DNA of 64,000 nt from Gemmatimonadota bacterium. GTDB lineage: Bacteria; Gemmatimonadota; Gemmatimonadetes; Gemmatimonadales; GWC2-71-9. Under the pieces are notes generated by a model. The model saw only the letters and a list, made by a program, of their open reading frames with translations. It searched no databases and had not been told where the DNA came from. Both the position numbers and the translations under genes were made by a program. The stretch is taken from positions 202,038 to 266,037 of the forward strand of contig JAZDCZ010000419.1 in NCBI GenBank assembly GCA_036679605.1, read 5' to 3'. Below, piece after piece: positions 1 through 9,884 of this stretch (positions are counted from its first letter, which is position 1; every line of letters begins with the position of its first letter).

Positions 1-2
1 AC

Positions 3-1100
3 ATCTGCGGCGCCGGCCTACCGATCTACTGGAATAACATGTCGCAGTCCGGTGTACAGCTTAAACTCGACCGGAGTGGCGGAGTCACCGTGTTTTGTGG
101 TTCCACAGATATCGGCCAGGGTTCCGATTCTGTCCTCGCATACATTGTCGCCGAAGTGTTGGGACTCGATCCCCAAGAACTTCAGATCGTAACAGCCGAC
201 ACAGACCTCACACCGGTGGACCTCGGTAGTTACTCCAGTCGCGTCACATTGATGAGCGGCAACGCGGCACTCCAGGCGGCCGAGCGAGCGCGGGATATCT
301 TGGCCGAACATGCAGCAGCAAAGCTGAATGTGCCCGTGTCCCGTTTGGTATTCGCGGACGGCCGCGTATTTGACGCACAGAACACCGAAACTGGTATGAG
401 CTTCGCAGAATCGGTACAGTTCGCCGAAACCGCACAGGGCATTGTCGGTACGGTGGGATCATACAAACCTCCCAGGAGCACCGGTCGTTATCGTGGGGCG
501 GGGGTAGGGCCATCACCGGCATATTCGTACAGTGCAGCCGTTGCAAGTGTAGAGGTAGATCCTACCAGCGGAATCTTCACGGTTCCTAAGATCTGGATCG
601 CCCACGATATCGGACGCTGTATCAATCCGGCCGCGGTGATCGGACAAGTAGAGGGCGGTGTCTACATGGGATTGGGCGAAGCCTTGATGGAGGAGATGGC
701 GTATCGCGGCAAACGCAAGGTCGTCCACAAGATCCCCAGCATGTTGGAATACAAGAGTCCTACTACGCTCGAGATGTGCGACGTCGAGACCTACTTGATC
801 GAAGATCCCGATCCCAACGGACCGTTCGGTGCCAAGGAAGTGGGCCAGGGCCCCTTGTTACCGATTATGCCCGCCGTGGCAAACGCCGTATACGATGCAG
901 TGGGCGTTCGCATAGACGAGGTGCCCATCACTCCCGAGAAAGTATTGCGCGCACTAGGACTCAAGGCAAAGGGTGAGGAAGCGCGCGTCGGTCCGAGAGC
1001 GTTTCCCGAGATCGCATGGCCTAGGCCCACGCGCGTCGTGCCGCCGTGGGAGGGTGGCGACGGCAAGGCAACAGAGGCGGCCGAGGAGCGGCAGAACTGA
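3..1100 (+). CDS. hcrA: Xanthine-dehydrogenase-family Mo-cofactor subunit, likely 4-hydroxybenzoyl-CoA reductase alpha (5'-truncated by the window edge)
   Basis: Frame open from position 3; motifs DIGQG, GSYSSRVT, GQVEGG, GAKEVGQG; directly upstream of an HcrB-type FAD subunit. Confidence 0.8.
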   Translation: MCGAGLPIYWNNMSQSGVQLKLDRSGGVTVFCGSTDIGQGSDSVLAYIVAEVLGLDPQELQIVTADTDLTPVDLGSYSSRVTLMSGNAALQAAERARDILAEHAAAKLNVPVSRLVFADGRVFDAQNTETGMSFAESVQFAETAQGIVGTVGSYKPPRSTGRYRGAGVGPSPAYSYSAAVASVEVDPTSGIFTVPKIWIAHDIGRCINPAAVIGQVEGGVYMGLGEALMEEMAYRGKRKVVHKIPSMLEYKSPTTLEMCDVETYLIEDPDPNGPFGAKEVGQGPLLPIMPAVANAVYDAVGVRIDEVPITPEKVLRALGLKAKGEEARVGPRAFPEIAWPRPTRVVPPWEGGDGKATEAAEERQN

Positions 1101-1103
1101 TTC

Positions 1104-2114
1104 ATGTTACGGTTACCTGAATTCACCTACTTCGAGCCCGAGACGATCGAGCAGGCATTACAAATGAAATCGGATGCGGGACCGAGCGGCATGTACGTAG
1201 CCGGCGGGACCGATCTATATCCGAACATGAAAAGAAGGCATCAGGAGCCCCGAACGGTCATCTCTTTGGGACGGATAGAGGGGTTGCGTCATGTTCGAGA
1301 ATGGGGAGTAGGGAGTTCGGGAAACGGAAAGCAAAAAACGAAAAGCGCCGTCGGAGCGATGGTTACGCTCACCGAGCTTGCCTCCAATGCAGTCATCCGA
1401 AATAACTACCCAGTAGTAGCCCGGGCGGCGAAGCTGATAAGTACTCCGTTGCTTCGCAACATGGGAACATTGGGTGGGAACCTGTGTCTCGATACGCGTT
1501 GCAACTATTACAATCAGAGTTACGAGTGGCGCAAGGCGATCGACTTCTGTATGAAGAAAGACGGTGACATCTGTTGGGTGGCGCCCAAGAGCCCGCGATG
1601 TTGGGCCGTGCAATCGTCCGACATAGCTCCAATTGCCGTGGCACTCGGCGCGGAATTGTCGCTCGTCGGACCGAGTGGTGAGCGCGTGGTTTCAGCAGCC
1701 AAGTTTTACAAAGACGACGGCATCGAATATCTCACTAAGCGTTCCGACGAGATCTTGACCGAGATGCGCCTTCCAACCCCCAATGGCTGGAACGCCACCT
1801 ATTGGAAATTGAGACGCAGAGGGTCATTTGACTTTCCGGTTTTGGGTGTGGCAGTTTGGATTGAGTGGCACGGCGACGTGGTGGCGGACGCCCGCATAGT
1901 GCTGGGTGCCGTGGCCAGCCATCCGCACGATTTGGCTGCTGCTGCACAACTCATTATTGGCACGCGGCTGGAGGATGGTGCCATTGCTGCCGCAGCGGCC
2001 GCCGCATTCAAGCCGTCAAAGCCGATGGACAACACCGACTTCGGGTTGGCGTGGCGCAAGGCAATGACGCGAAACTATGTAAACGGGGCGTTGAGGGAGT
2101 TAAGAGAAAAATAG
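1104..2114 (+). CDS. hcrB: FAD subunit of XDH family with [4Fe-4S] insertion (4-hydroxybenzoyl-CoA reductase beta-like)
   Basis: AGGTDL and RNMGTLGGNL FAD motifs; Cys insertion RCNYYNQSYEWRKAIDFCMKKDGDICWVAPKSPRC typical of HcrB. Confidence 0.8.
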   Translation: MLRLPEFTYFEPETIEQALQMKSDAGPSGMYVAGGTDLYPNMKRRHQEPRTVISLGRIEGLRHVREWGVGSSGNGKQKTKSAVGAMVTLTELASNAVIRNNYPVVARAAKLISTPLLRNMGTLGGNLCLDTRCNYYNQSYEWRKAIDFCMKKDGDICWVAPKSPRCWAVQSSDIAPIAVALGAELSLVGPSGERVVSAAKFYKDDGIEYLTKRSDEILTEMRLPTPNGWNATYWKLRRRGSFDFPVLGVAVWIEWHGDVVADARIVLGAVASHPHDLAAAAQLIIGTRLEDGAIAAAAAAAFKPSKPMDNTDFGLAWRKAMTRNYVNGALRELREK

Positions 2115-2123
2115 GAAACCGCC

Positions 2124-2510
2124 GTGTCACAGATCCATCAAGAAATGACCTTTGAGGCCACACCCGGTCGAGTTTATCGGGCTCTGACAGACTCCCGTGA
2201 GTTCGCAACATTTACGGGGGTCGATGCCGAAATTAGCGCTGAAGAAGGCGGTGAGTTTTTGTGTTTTGGCACATTCGTGCTTGGACGCAACGTGCAGCTC
2301 GTCACTGACACACTGATCGTTCAGGCCTGGCGTGTTTTCAACTGGCCAGAGGGAGTTTACTCGATCGTTCGCATTGGACTAAGCGCCGAAGGCGGGCAAA
2401 CGAAACTCGTTCTGGACCAAGATGGGGTTCCTGATGATGCCGTGAAACACGTTGACGGTGGTTGGGAGCACAAATACTGGGCACCGCTTCGTAAGTACCT
2501 CGAGTCCTGA
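2124..2510 (+). CDS. SRPBCC/AHSA1-like protein
   Basis: ATPGRVYRALTD, IVQAWR and GWEHKYW pattern; 128 aa. Confidence 0.8.
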   Translation: MSQIHQEMTFEATPGRVYRALTDSREFATFTGVDAEISAEEGGEFLCFGTFVLGRNVQLVTDTLIVQAWRVFNWPEGVYSIVRIGLSAEGGQTKLVLDQDGVPDDAVKHVDGGWEHKYWAPLRKYLES

Positions 2511-3034
2511 TGGCCAAACTTACGATAGAACTGAAAAAGAAAACGGACGGCGCAACCTCATTGAGCTGCAGGCGCTCCGATGGTTCTGTCACGTGGCAAA
2601 ATTACAAGGGTCAACAAGGCCGGTTTTTTCCACTGCACGACCTCACTCACTATGCCGTGGAGACGGTCCTCGACCACCGCCAGGGGTTTTTTGGTCTGGT
2701 GGCCGACGGGTGGAACGTCACTGACTTCGGGGAGCCCTCGCCGAGAGGGCCGCTCCCGCCGGAAGCAATGACTACCGAACTGATCGTCGGCTTCCTGGAC
2801 ACCGAGCGCGCCTCTCGAGAACGATCGGCGGCGGCTGACTTCAACACATATATGGCCACATCCCATTCCCGGCACCAAATAGATGCTGTGTGCGAACTCA
2901 GCGACGATGACCTTGACAAGATTCGGGATGTTCGAAGCAAGTTGTTTGCTCGGTGGGCGGCCCTCGCCGACGGAGACACGATGAGTCTCGAGTTCTCGCG
3001 CGATGATGCACCAGGTTCGAGTGAGAAAGCTTGA
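2510..3034 (+). CDS. Hypothetical protein
   Basis: TGATG overlap with the upstream gene; HDLTHYAVE putative metal motif. Confidence 0.7.
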   Translation: MAKLTIELKKKTDGATSLSCRRSDGSVTWQNYKGQQGRFFPLHDLTHYAVETVLDHRQGFFGLVADGWNVTDFGEPSPRGPLPPEAMTTELIVGFLDTERASRERSAAADFNTYMATSHSRHQIDAVCELSDDDLDKIRDVRSKLFARWAALADGDTMSLEFSRDDAPGSSEKA

Positions 3035-3055
3035 TATCAAGTTTGAAGTGCAACA

Positions 3056-3109
3056 ATGAGGATTACGGTTCATAGCATACACAACGAGTACCGTCGCTAC
3101 AAGCAACTT
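3056..3109 (+). pseudogene. Possible N-terminal remnant of a DUF1572/DinB-like gene
   Basis: MRITVHSIHNEYRRYKQL resembles DUF1572 N-termini, then the similarity is lost. Confidence 0.35.
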
Positions 3110-3207
3110 TGTTGCGGCCTTTTTCGCCGGGCAGTTTATTGGTGGAAGGCTGCGTACCATAAAAAAATAACACGGCGTTCACAGGGTCACGCTGAGGTGT
3201 TGCAAAC

Positions 3208-4131
3208 ATGCGCGTTCTCAAGAACCTTCGAGTTGCAGTCCTAATGGCTGGTGCATCTATGCCAGCCGGTGCTGCCGACGCACAAACGACCTACGATCTT
3301 TATTTCCTAGGCGGTCAGTCGAACATGGACGGCTACGGCTATGTGGCTGACCTGCCCAAGAATCTCCGCACAGAAAAAATCGGCGTGATGATCTTCCAAG
3401 GCAACCCCGCCCCCGACGACGGTCAGCCGGACGGCAGAGGAATCTGGGCCGCACTGAGGCCAGGACACGGCGTCGGGTTTTCTTCCGACGGATCGGCCAA
3501 TACTTACTCGGATCGGTTCGGCGTAGAACTCACTTTTGCACAGCACCTGCGCCAATCGAGGCCTGGCACCAAGATTGCCCTCATCAAGTACTCTCGAGGC
3601 GGAACGTCGATCGATACCGCTGCTGCTGGGGAATATGGTTCATGGGAACCCGACTACAGAGACTTCCAAGGAATCAACCAATACGATCACTTCCTGGCGA
3701 CAGTCAGATATGCCATGGCGGTCAAGGACATCAATGGGGACGGGACACCGGATCGACTCGTTCCCAAGGGGATCGTGTGGATGCAAGGGGAAAGCGACGC
3801 GGCCGTTACGGAGGACGTTGCTAGGCGATACCAGCACAACCTCACGCGATTGATTGACCTGATCCGGTCCACTCTCCGAGTGGAGGACCTTCCAGTTGTT
3901 ATCGGTCGGATTTCCGACTCGGGCCGCGACTCAGATGGCAAGATGTGGGACCACGCTGACCTCGTTCGCGCCGCCCAAGCTAGCTTCGTCGAGCGCGACG
4001 GTGCTGCGGCTCTAGTGACCGCAACCGATAACTACGAGTATTCAGATCCTTGGCATTACGACAGCAAAGGCTACATAGATCTTGGTCGGCGGTTTGCGGA
4101 TGCGATGATCCGGCTGACCCGAGGGCGTTGA
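3208..4131 (+). CDS. Secreted sialate O-acetylesterase / SASA (CE6-like) SGNH esterase
   Basis: Signal peptide; GQSNM, WMQGESDA and DPWHY motifs. Confidence 0.9.
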   Translation: MRVLKNLRVAVLMAGASMPAGAADAQTTYDLYFLGGQSNMDGYGYVADLPKNLRTEKIGVMIFQGNPAPDDGQPDGRGIWAALRPGHGVGFSSDGSANTYSDRFGVELTFAQHLRQSRPGTKIALIKYSRGGTSIDTAAAGEYGSWEPDYRDFQGINQYDHFLATVRYAMAVKDINGDGTPDRLVPKGIVWMQGESDAAVTEDVARRYQHNLTRLIDLIRSTLRVEDLPVVIGRISDSGRDSDGKMWDHADLVRAAQASFVERDGAAALVTATDNYEYSDPWHYDSKGYIDLGRRFADAMIRLTRGR

Positions 4132-4162
4132 TAGCCGGCTGACAGGAACGTTACTTATTCCA

Positions 4163-5380
4163 ATGGAAACAATCGGTGTCCGAGAGGCTCGCCGCCTTGC
4201 CCTGGCACTTGCAGGTCTGCTGAAACCCGAGTGGACCGGGCTTCCTACGAGTGCGAGGGGCTCGGAACTCAACAAACGCAAAGCAGCTCACCAGGTCATT
4301 CGGCACTTTGGGTATCTGCAGCTCGACACTGTTTCGATCGCTGGAGCGCGGAGCCACGCCATAGTCCTCCTTTCGCGTCTCAAGGGCATTGATCCGTCAC
4401 TCGTAGAGGATCTGCTCCAGCCGGCTGAGCCATTGTTCGAGTACTGGGCGCACGAGGCGAGTTGGCTACCGATCGAACTGTATCCGGTATTCGACTTTCG
4501 GCGCAAGGCTTTCAAGCATCACCCTTGGTGGGGCGATGTAATCGGTAAGCATCCCAAGGTTGCTAAGAATCTTCGTCGACGCATTCGTGAAGAGGGACCA
4601 CTGCGCTCAGTAGACATGGAGGGGCGTGGCAGCCGCGGGTGGTGGGATCTAAAAGCGGCGAAGCGGGTCGCGAGTGCACTTTGGTGCTCGGGAGAGCTTG
4701 CCATTCGAGAACGGCGCAACTTTCAGCGCACGTACGATCTCGCCGAGCGTGTGATTCCAGAACACTGGCTGCGTGGTCGTGTCTCGAAACTGGAGGCACT
4801 CGAACGGCTCCTTCTCTTGTCGCTGCAGGGACACGGGTGGGCCACCTCCAGCACTCTTCTCCAAACTTGGAGACTTCTCAAGAGAGACAAGATCAACACC
4901 GCGTTCAACAACCTCATCGATAGAGGGGAGATATTACCCTGTACGCTCATACTCGACGACCGCAGCAATAAAGCGGGCTGGATACGACCTCAGGATTTGG
5001 AATTCGCTGCCCGGTTGCAGCGCGTGCGGCCTCGCTCCGATACAGGAGTTCTTCTCTCTCCCTTCGACCCGATCCTCTGGGACCGCCGTCGCGTTCAGCA
5101 GCTCTTCGACTTTCATCAAGTTTTGGAGATTTTCAAACCGGCCGCGAAGCGTCTTTACGGTTACTATTGTCTGCCGGTGCTCGCTGGAGAGCGACTAATC
5201 TCTCGCTTTGACCTCAAGGCCGATCGAAAAAGCAAGAAATTGCACGTGCTCTCGCACCGATTCGAAGAAAAGAACGGTGTGCGTACAGCAACGTCCGAAG
5301 ATCGCGAAGCAGCGCGAGCCGCCCTCGATCGCTACAGTTCCTCTGTTGGCTTGAAGCCCGTGGGTTGGAGAGTGAGGTAG
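4163..5380 (+). CDS. ycaQ: YcaQ/AlkZ-family (HTH_42) interstrand-crosslink DNA glycosylase
   Basis: LQLD (QxD), LFEYWAHEA, RRNFQRTYDL, LLSPFDP, R.YGYY.LP motifs. Confidence 0.85.
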   Translation: METIGVREARRLALALAGLLKPEWTGLPTSARGSELNKRKAAHQVIRHFGYLQLDTVSIAGARSHAIVLLSRLKGIDPSLVEDLLQPAEPLFEYWAHEASWLPIELYPVFDFRRKAFKHHPWWGDVIGKHPKVAKNLRRRIREEGPLRSVDMEGRGSRGWWDLKAAKRVASALWCSGELAIRERRNFQRTYDLAERVIPEHWLRGRVSKLEALERLLLLSLQGHGWATSSTLLQTWRLLKRDKINTAFNNLIDRGEILPCTLILDDRSNKAGWIRPQDLEFAARLQRVRPRSDTGVLLSPFDPILWDRRRVQQLFDFHQVLEIFKPAAKRLYGYYCLPVLAGERLISRFDLKADRKSKKLHVLSHRFEEKNGVRTATSEDREAARAALDRYSSSVGLKPVGWRVR

Positions 5381-5387
5381 CGACCAT

Positions 5388-5876
5388 ATGGTTGAACGCT
5401 TTAAACGTTGGCTCGAATATGAGAAGGATTCACACGAGAAGGTCCTGCGATCCCTTCAAACCGTGCCCGACCACAAACAATCGGAAATACCGTTCCAAAA
5501 GGCCGTCGATTTGTTTGCTCATCTGGTGGCTGCCCGACGGCTTTGGTTGTTCCGGCTAGACGTGTTCGATACGGCCCCCGACGATCTCTTCCCCGCAAAC
5601 GTGCGACTCGAGTCGCTCGAATCGGCAGTTTCCGGCACACACATGGCCTGGAGTGATTATCTCGACAGCTTGAGCGAAGCCGAATTGGAACGCGACTTTG
5701 AGTACACGAGCTATGAGGGTGATCGATGCCGCAATACCATTGTCGATATCCTAACACAACTATTCGGTCACTCGTGGTATCACCGTGGCCAAATTGCATC
5801 GCTCTTGAGATCGATGGACTGTGAGCCGGCGATCACCGATTTTGTGTTCTGGAGCCGGCAGACTGTGACTGGGTGA
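5388..5876 (+). CDS. DinB family protein
   Basis: HLVAA and HSWYHRGQIASLLR motifs. Confidence 0.85.
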   Translation: MVERFKRWLEYEKDSHEKVLRSLQTVPDHKQSEIPFQKAVDLFAHLVAARRLWLFRLDVFDTAPDDLFPANVRLESLESAVSGTHMAWSDYLDSLSEAELERDFEYTSYEGDRCRNTIVDILTQLFGHSWYHRGQIASLLRSMDCEPAITDFVFWSRQTVTG

Positions 5877-6685
5877 TGACGACTGTTCGAAGGAAATCGA
5901 GACGGCACATCCGGTTGATCCACTGCAACACCGCCGAGGCCGAAGATCGTGCTAGAAAACTGCGCGGCGCCGGCTACGACGTCACCTATGATGCACTCGA
6001 GGCGGGCTTCCTACGCGAACTTCGAGCGTGCCTGCCAAGCGCTGTGATCGTAGACCTCTCGAGACTGCCGTCACAAGGACGAGACGTAGCAATTGCAATA
6101 AGACACGCTAAGGCCTTGCGACATGTACCTCTTGTATTTGTGGGGGGGCATCCAGACAAGCTACCTGCGATAAAGAAACACTTGCCCGACGCAGTCTACA
6201 CCAATTGGAGCAGCATTCGAACCGCACTCAAGAAAGCCATCGCGAGTCCAATCAGCGATCCCGTCGTGCCCAAGTCGGGCCTAGCGGGGTATTCAGGTAC
6301 ACCGCTGCCCAAGAAACTGGGTTTCAAGGCCAACTCGGTTGTTGTAATCCTTGGTGCTCCACCCAACTTCGAAAAAACTCTAGGCGAGCTGCCCTCAGGG
6401 GTGACACTGCGCAAACGAGCGAGTAGCAAGCGCGATCTCACGATCTGGTTTGTGAAATCGGGCACTCAACTCAGAAAGCGGATCGACCGCCTGGCCGGAG
6501 AGGTCCGAGACGGAGGACTTTGGATAGCATGGCCGAAGAAGGCTTCGGGAGTCTCAACTGATCTATCCGGTAATTCAGTTCGCAAGATAGGACTGGAATC
6601 AGGTCTGGTTGATTACAAGATCTGCGCTATCGACGACACCTGGTCGGGTCTCAAGTTTGCGCGTCGCAAGGCCGACCGTGGCTGA
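5873..6685 (+). CDS. Receiver-like domain fused to DUF3052-like domain
   Basis: N-terminal CheY-like strand pattern (PSAVIVDLS); C-terminal GYSGTPLPKKLG, LWIAWPKK, GLVDYKICAID. Confidence 0.7.
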   Translation: MMTTVRRKSRRHIRLIHCNTAEAEDRARKLRGAGYDVTYDALEAGFLRELRACLPSAVIVDLSRLPSQGRDVAIAIRHAKALRHVPLVFVGGHPDKLPAIKKHLPDAVYTNWSSIRTALKKAIASPISDPVVPKSGLAGYSGTPLPKKLGFKANSVVVILGAPPNFEKTLGELPSGVTLRKRASSKRDLTIWFVKSGTQLRKRIDRLAGEVRDGGLWIAWPKKASGVSTDLSGNSVRKIGLESGLVDYKICAIDDTWSGLKFARRKADRG

Positions 6686-6763
6686 GCGGCAACGCCCATG
6701 TCACTTCGGGCGTCTTAGAATACCGGCGCCCCCAAGATCAAAGAGATCTACATCGGAGGAATC

Positions 6764-7288
6764 GTGGAGTATAGCCTAGATGATGCTCTTGCCGTCCTGG
6801 AGCGAACGCCAACTGTGATCTCTGCGATGCTCCATGAACTACCTGAGGGCTGGACATCCGGAAATGAGGGCGGGGAAAGTTGGAACCCCGTAGAGGTACT
6901 CGGTCACCTCATTCATGGCGAACGCGGAGACTGGGTGACTCGGGCGAGGACGATACTCGATAGCGGTGAGACTGAAACGTTTCATCCTTTCGACCGCTCC
7001 GCCCACCTGGAAGAATCGCGAACGACACCTCTGCAAGAACTTCTCGACAAGTTCACCCAACTGAGGTGCGAGAACATCGAAGAGGTGAAAGGCTGGAGCT
7101 TGACGGACGATGATCTCGATCGCCGGGGCAGACATCCGGATTTTGGTCCTGTCACGCTACGGGAGCTTTTCGCTACGTGGGTCGTACACGACTTGGGACA
7201 CGTTGCACAAATCGCACGAGTTATGGCGAAGCAATACACGACAGAGGTTGGATCCTGGGCTGCCTACCTCCCTGTACTCGGCCGGTGA
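6764..7288 (+). CDS. DinB family protein
   Basis: GGAGG RBS before GTG; WNPVEVLGHL, HPDFGPVT, WVVHDLGH. Confidence 0.85.
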   Translation: MEYSLDDALAVLERTPTVISAMLHELPEGWTSGNEGGESWNPVEVLGHLIHGERGDWVTRARTILDSGETETFHPFDRSAHLEESRTTPLQELLDKFTQLRCENIEEVKGWSLTDDDLDRRGRHPDFGPVTLRELFATWVVHDLGHVAQIARVMAKQYTTEVGSWAAYLPVLGR

Positions 7289-8529
7289 TGTCAATCTGCC
7301 ACACCGCTAGAGTCTTAGTCGTCGAACTGCTCAGTGTTGCTCTGATGGCATGCAGCGGCGATCGCCGCCCGGGAGTGATCGTGACCGACAGTGCAGGCGT
7401 GATGATCATCGAAAACCAAGAACCCATGTGGCAAGGCGAAGATTGGCGCATAGGAAACGACCCCGTACTCGAGATCGGTACCAGAGACAGCCCTTCTCAT
7501 TATCAGTTTGACCGGATTGAACACGTTCTGCGGCTCGATGACGGCGTCATCGTGGTTGCAGATGGTGGCTCCGCGGAACTACGCTTCTTTGACTCGTCCG
7601 GACACTTCGTCACCTCCTCGGGTGGACGAGGAAACGCTCCGGGCGAGTACCAGATGATCGAATCGATCGGCGCAGGACCGGGTGACTCCATCTGGGTCTA
7701 CGACTTTGGTGCTCGTCGCTTCACCGTGCTCACCTCCAACGGAATAGTCTCGAGAACGATGACCCTCGATGGTACTCTGTCCAACGTCGGAGCGGTCGGA
7801 CGACTCGACGATGGCAGTTTCGTGGTACGGGAGTATTGGTCAAGTCGCAGACGCGACATGGAACTCGTGACCGGCCTTCGTCGCGACCCCGCAGCCATCG
7901 CGCGTTACTCTCCCGACGGCCTCACAATCGATACTATCGGACTCTTTCCCGGACGAGAGGTCTTCATCGGGAGCGAGAATGGCCGTGCAGTGATGAGCGC
8001 CCCCTTGTTTGCTCACAGCACCAGCGCGGCGGTAGCCAACAACACAGTGATTATTGGAGATCAGAACACTTTCCAGATCGGGCTCTACAGCTCCGATGGA
8101 GTCCTGACACGCCTAGTTCGCTTGCTCGATATCGATCTGCGCTTGACTGAACAAGACATAGCACAGCTGAAGCAACAACGTTTGGCCGCACAGCCACCCG
8201 CTACTCGTCCAAGCTTGAGCAACCACATGGACAGAATGGACGTTCCAGCAAACAGACCTGCATACCGGGAGATCGTCGTAGACGAACTAGGCAACCTTTG
8301 GGTCGAAGATTACCAACCCGAGCCACGCAAGTCTTCTCGTTGGACAATTGTCGCAAGTGACGGGCGCTTGCTAGGTACCATCGGAACACCGCCAACATTC
8401 AAACTTCTGGAGGTTGGAGACACGTGGGTTCTGGGAGTGGGCTTGGATGAGGTGGATGTCGAGTACGTTAGACTGTACAAGCTAGACAAGAGCACACTCG
8501 ACTCCGAGGATCAAGACCAGCTTAGATGA
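7288..8529 (+). CDS. 6-bladed beta-propeller lipoprotein
   Basis: TGATG-coupled start at 7288; lipobox LMAC; GGRGNAPGEY; C-terminal VLGV..DE.DVEYVRLY. Confidence 0.8.
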   Translation: MSICHTARVLVVELLSVALMACSGDRRPGVIVTDSAGVMIIENQEPMWQGEDWRIGNDPVLEIGTRDSPSHYQFDRIEHVLRLDDGVIVVADGGSAELRFFDSSGHFVTSSGGRGNAPGEYQMIESIGAGPGDSIWVYDFGARRFTVLTSNGIVSRTMTLDGTLSNVGAVGRLDDGSFVVREYWSSRRRDMELVTGLRRDPAAIARYSPDGLTIDTIGLFPGREVFIGSENGRAVMSAPLFAHSTSAAVANNTVIIGDQNTFQIGLYSSDGVLTRLVRLLDIDLRLTEQDIAQLKQQRLAAQPPATRPSLSNHMDRMDVPANRPAYREIVVDELGNLWVEDYQPEPRKSSRWTIVASDGRLLGTIGTPPTFKLLEVGDTWVLGVGLDEVDVEYVRLYKLDKSTLDSEDQDQLR

Positions 8530-8596
8530 CACAAGCCGAGCAATTCTGCTGGAAAGACTGGACTCCCGATCGCTGACATGGACGGAACCTGACAAA

Positions 8597-9874
8597 TTGA
8601 ACCCCCAGGAAAGTGAGATCAGATCGCAGCAGGTTGGCAAGTTCGCGGCAATGATGAAAGTCGTTCTTGAACAGAATCAATTCTATCAGAACAAAATGAG
8701 CGCGGCGGGGTTCAGCAGCGGACAGATTCCGACCCTGGACTGCATCAGCGACATCCCGTACACGACGAAGCAAGACCTTGTTACGGATCAGGCGATCACG
8801 CCGCCGTTCGGCACGAACTTCACGTTCCCCATAGGTCAATACACGAGGATACATCAGACCTCCGGAACAACCGGTCGACCTATCTACTGGCTGGACACGC
8901 CCGACAGCTGGGACTGGTGGCTCAGATGTTGGATGGAGGTCTATGACGCCGCCGGTGTCACACCCGAAGATAGAATCTTCCTTGCGTTCTCGTTCGGCCC
9001 CTTCATTGGATTCTGGAGCGCCTTTGGCGCGGGTCAGAAAATCGGGGCTCTAATGATCTCGGGAGGTGGCCTGAGTTCCAAACAGCGCTTGGAAACCATG
9101 CATGAACTACAGGCGACCGTGTTGGTATGCACTCCCACTTACGCACTAAGACTCGCTGAGATCGCGCGCGACGACGGACTGTCGCTCGAAGACATTCCAA
9201 TCCGGATTTCCATCCATGCTGGTGAGCCCGGCGCCAGCATTCCCAACGTCAAGGCTCGGATCGAATCCGCTTGGAGTGCTCCTTGCTTGGATCATGCCGG
9301 ATCCACCGAGGTGGGTGCTTGGGGATACGGCTGTGGAATTGATAATCGCATGCACATCAACGAGCATGAGTTTTTTGTTGAAGTCATCGATCCTGAGACC
9401 CTCGGCTCGGCAACGGTGACCGACGGCGGAATCCAACGTGGTGAACTAGTTCTCACCAATCTCGGTAGAATCGGTAGCCCGCTCATCCGCTATCGCACCG
9501 GAGACTTGGTGGAAATGGTAAGGGATTCGTGCGAATGCGATCGCCATACTGCTTACTTGTTGGGAGCAGTACTTGGACGCGTCGACTCAATGATAATAGT
9601 CCGCGGTATCAACATTTTTCCAAGTGCGCTCGAGAACATCATTCGCGAATTCGAGGAAATTGTCGAGTTCGAGGTAGCGATTCAAGAGAAACTACAGATG
9701 GCCGACCTCTTGATTAAGGTTGAAATTTCTGCGCACGATCCACAGCAAATTGTCACAGCGCTTGCCGGCCGAGTCCACCAGAGACTAAATCTAAAGCCGA
9801 ACGTCAAACTTGTGGACCCAATGAGTCTGCCGCGATACGAACTCAAGTCGCGGCGGTTCAGAATCGATTACTAG
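8597..9874 (+). CDS. Phenylacetate-CoA ligase family (ANL) protein
   Basis: TSGTTGRP, HAGSTE, RYRTGD, GRVD.MIIVRGINIFP. Confidence 0.9.
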   Translation: MNPQESEIRSQQVGKFAAMMKVVLEQNQFYQNKMSAAGFSSGQIPTLDCISDIPYTTKQDLVTDQAITPPFGTNFTFPIGQYTRIHQTSGTTGRPIYWLDTPDSWDWWLRCWMEVYDAAGVTPEDRIFLAFSFGPFIGFWSAFGAGQKIGALMISGGGLSSKQRLETMHELQATVLVCTPTYALRLAEIARDDGLSLEDIPIRISIHAGEPGASIPNVKARIESAWSAPCLDHAGSTEVGAWGYGCGIDNRMHINEHEFFVEVIDPETLGSATVTDGGIQRGELVLTNLGRIGSPLIRYRTGDLVEMVRDSCECDRHTAYLLGAVLGRVDSMIIVRGINIFPSALENIIREFEEIVEFEVAIQEKLQMADLLIKVEISAHDPQQIVTALAGRVHQRLNLKPNVKLVDPMSLPRYELKSRRFRIDY

Positions 9875-9884
9875 GAGCACCCAG

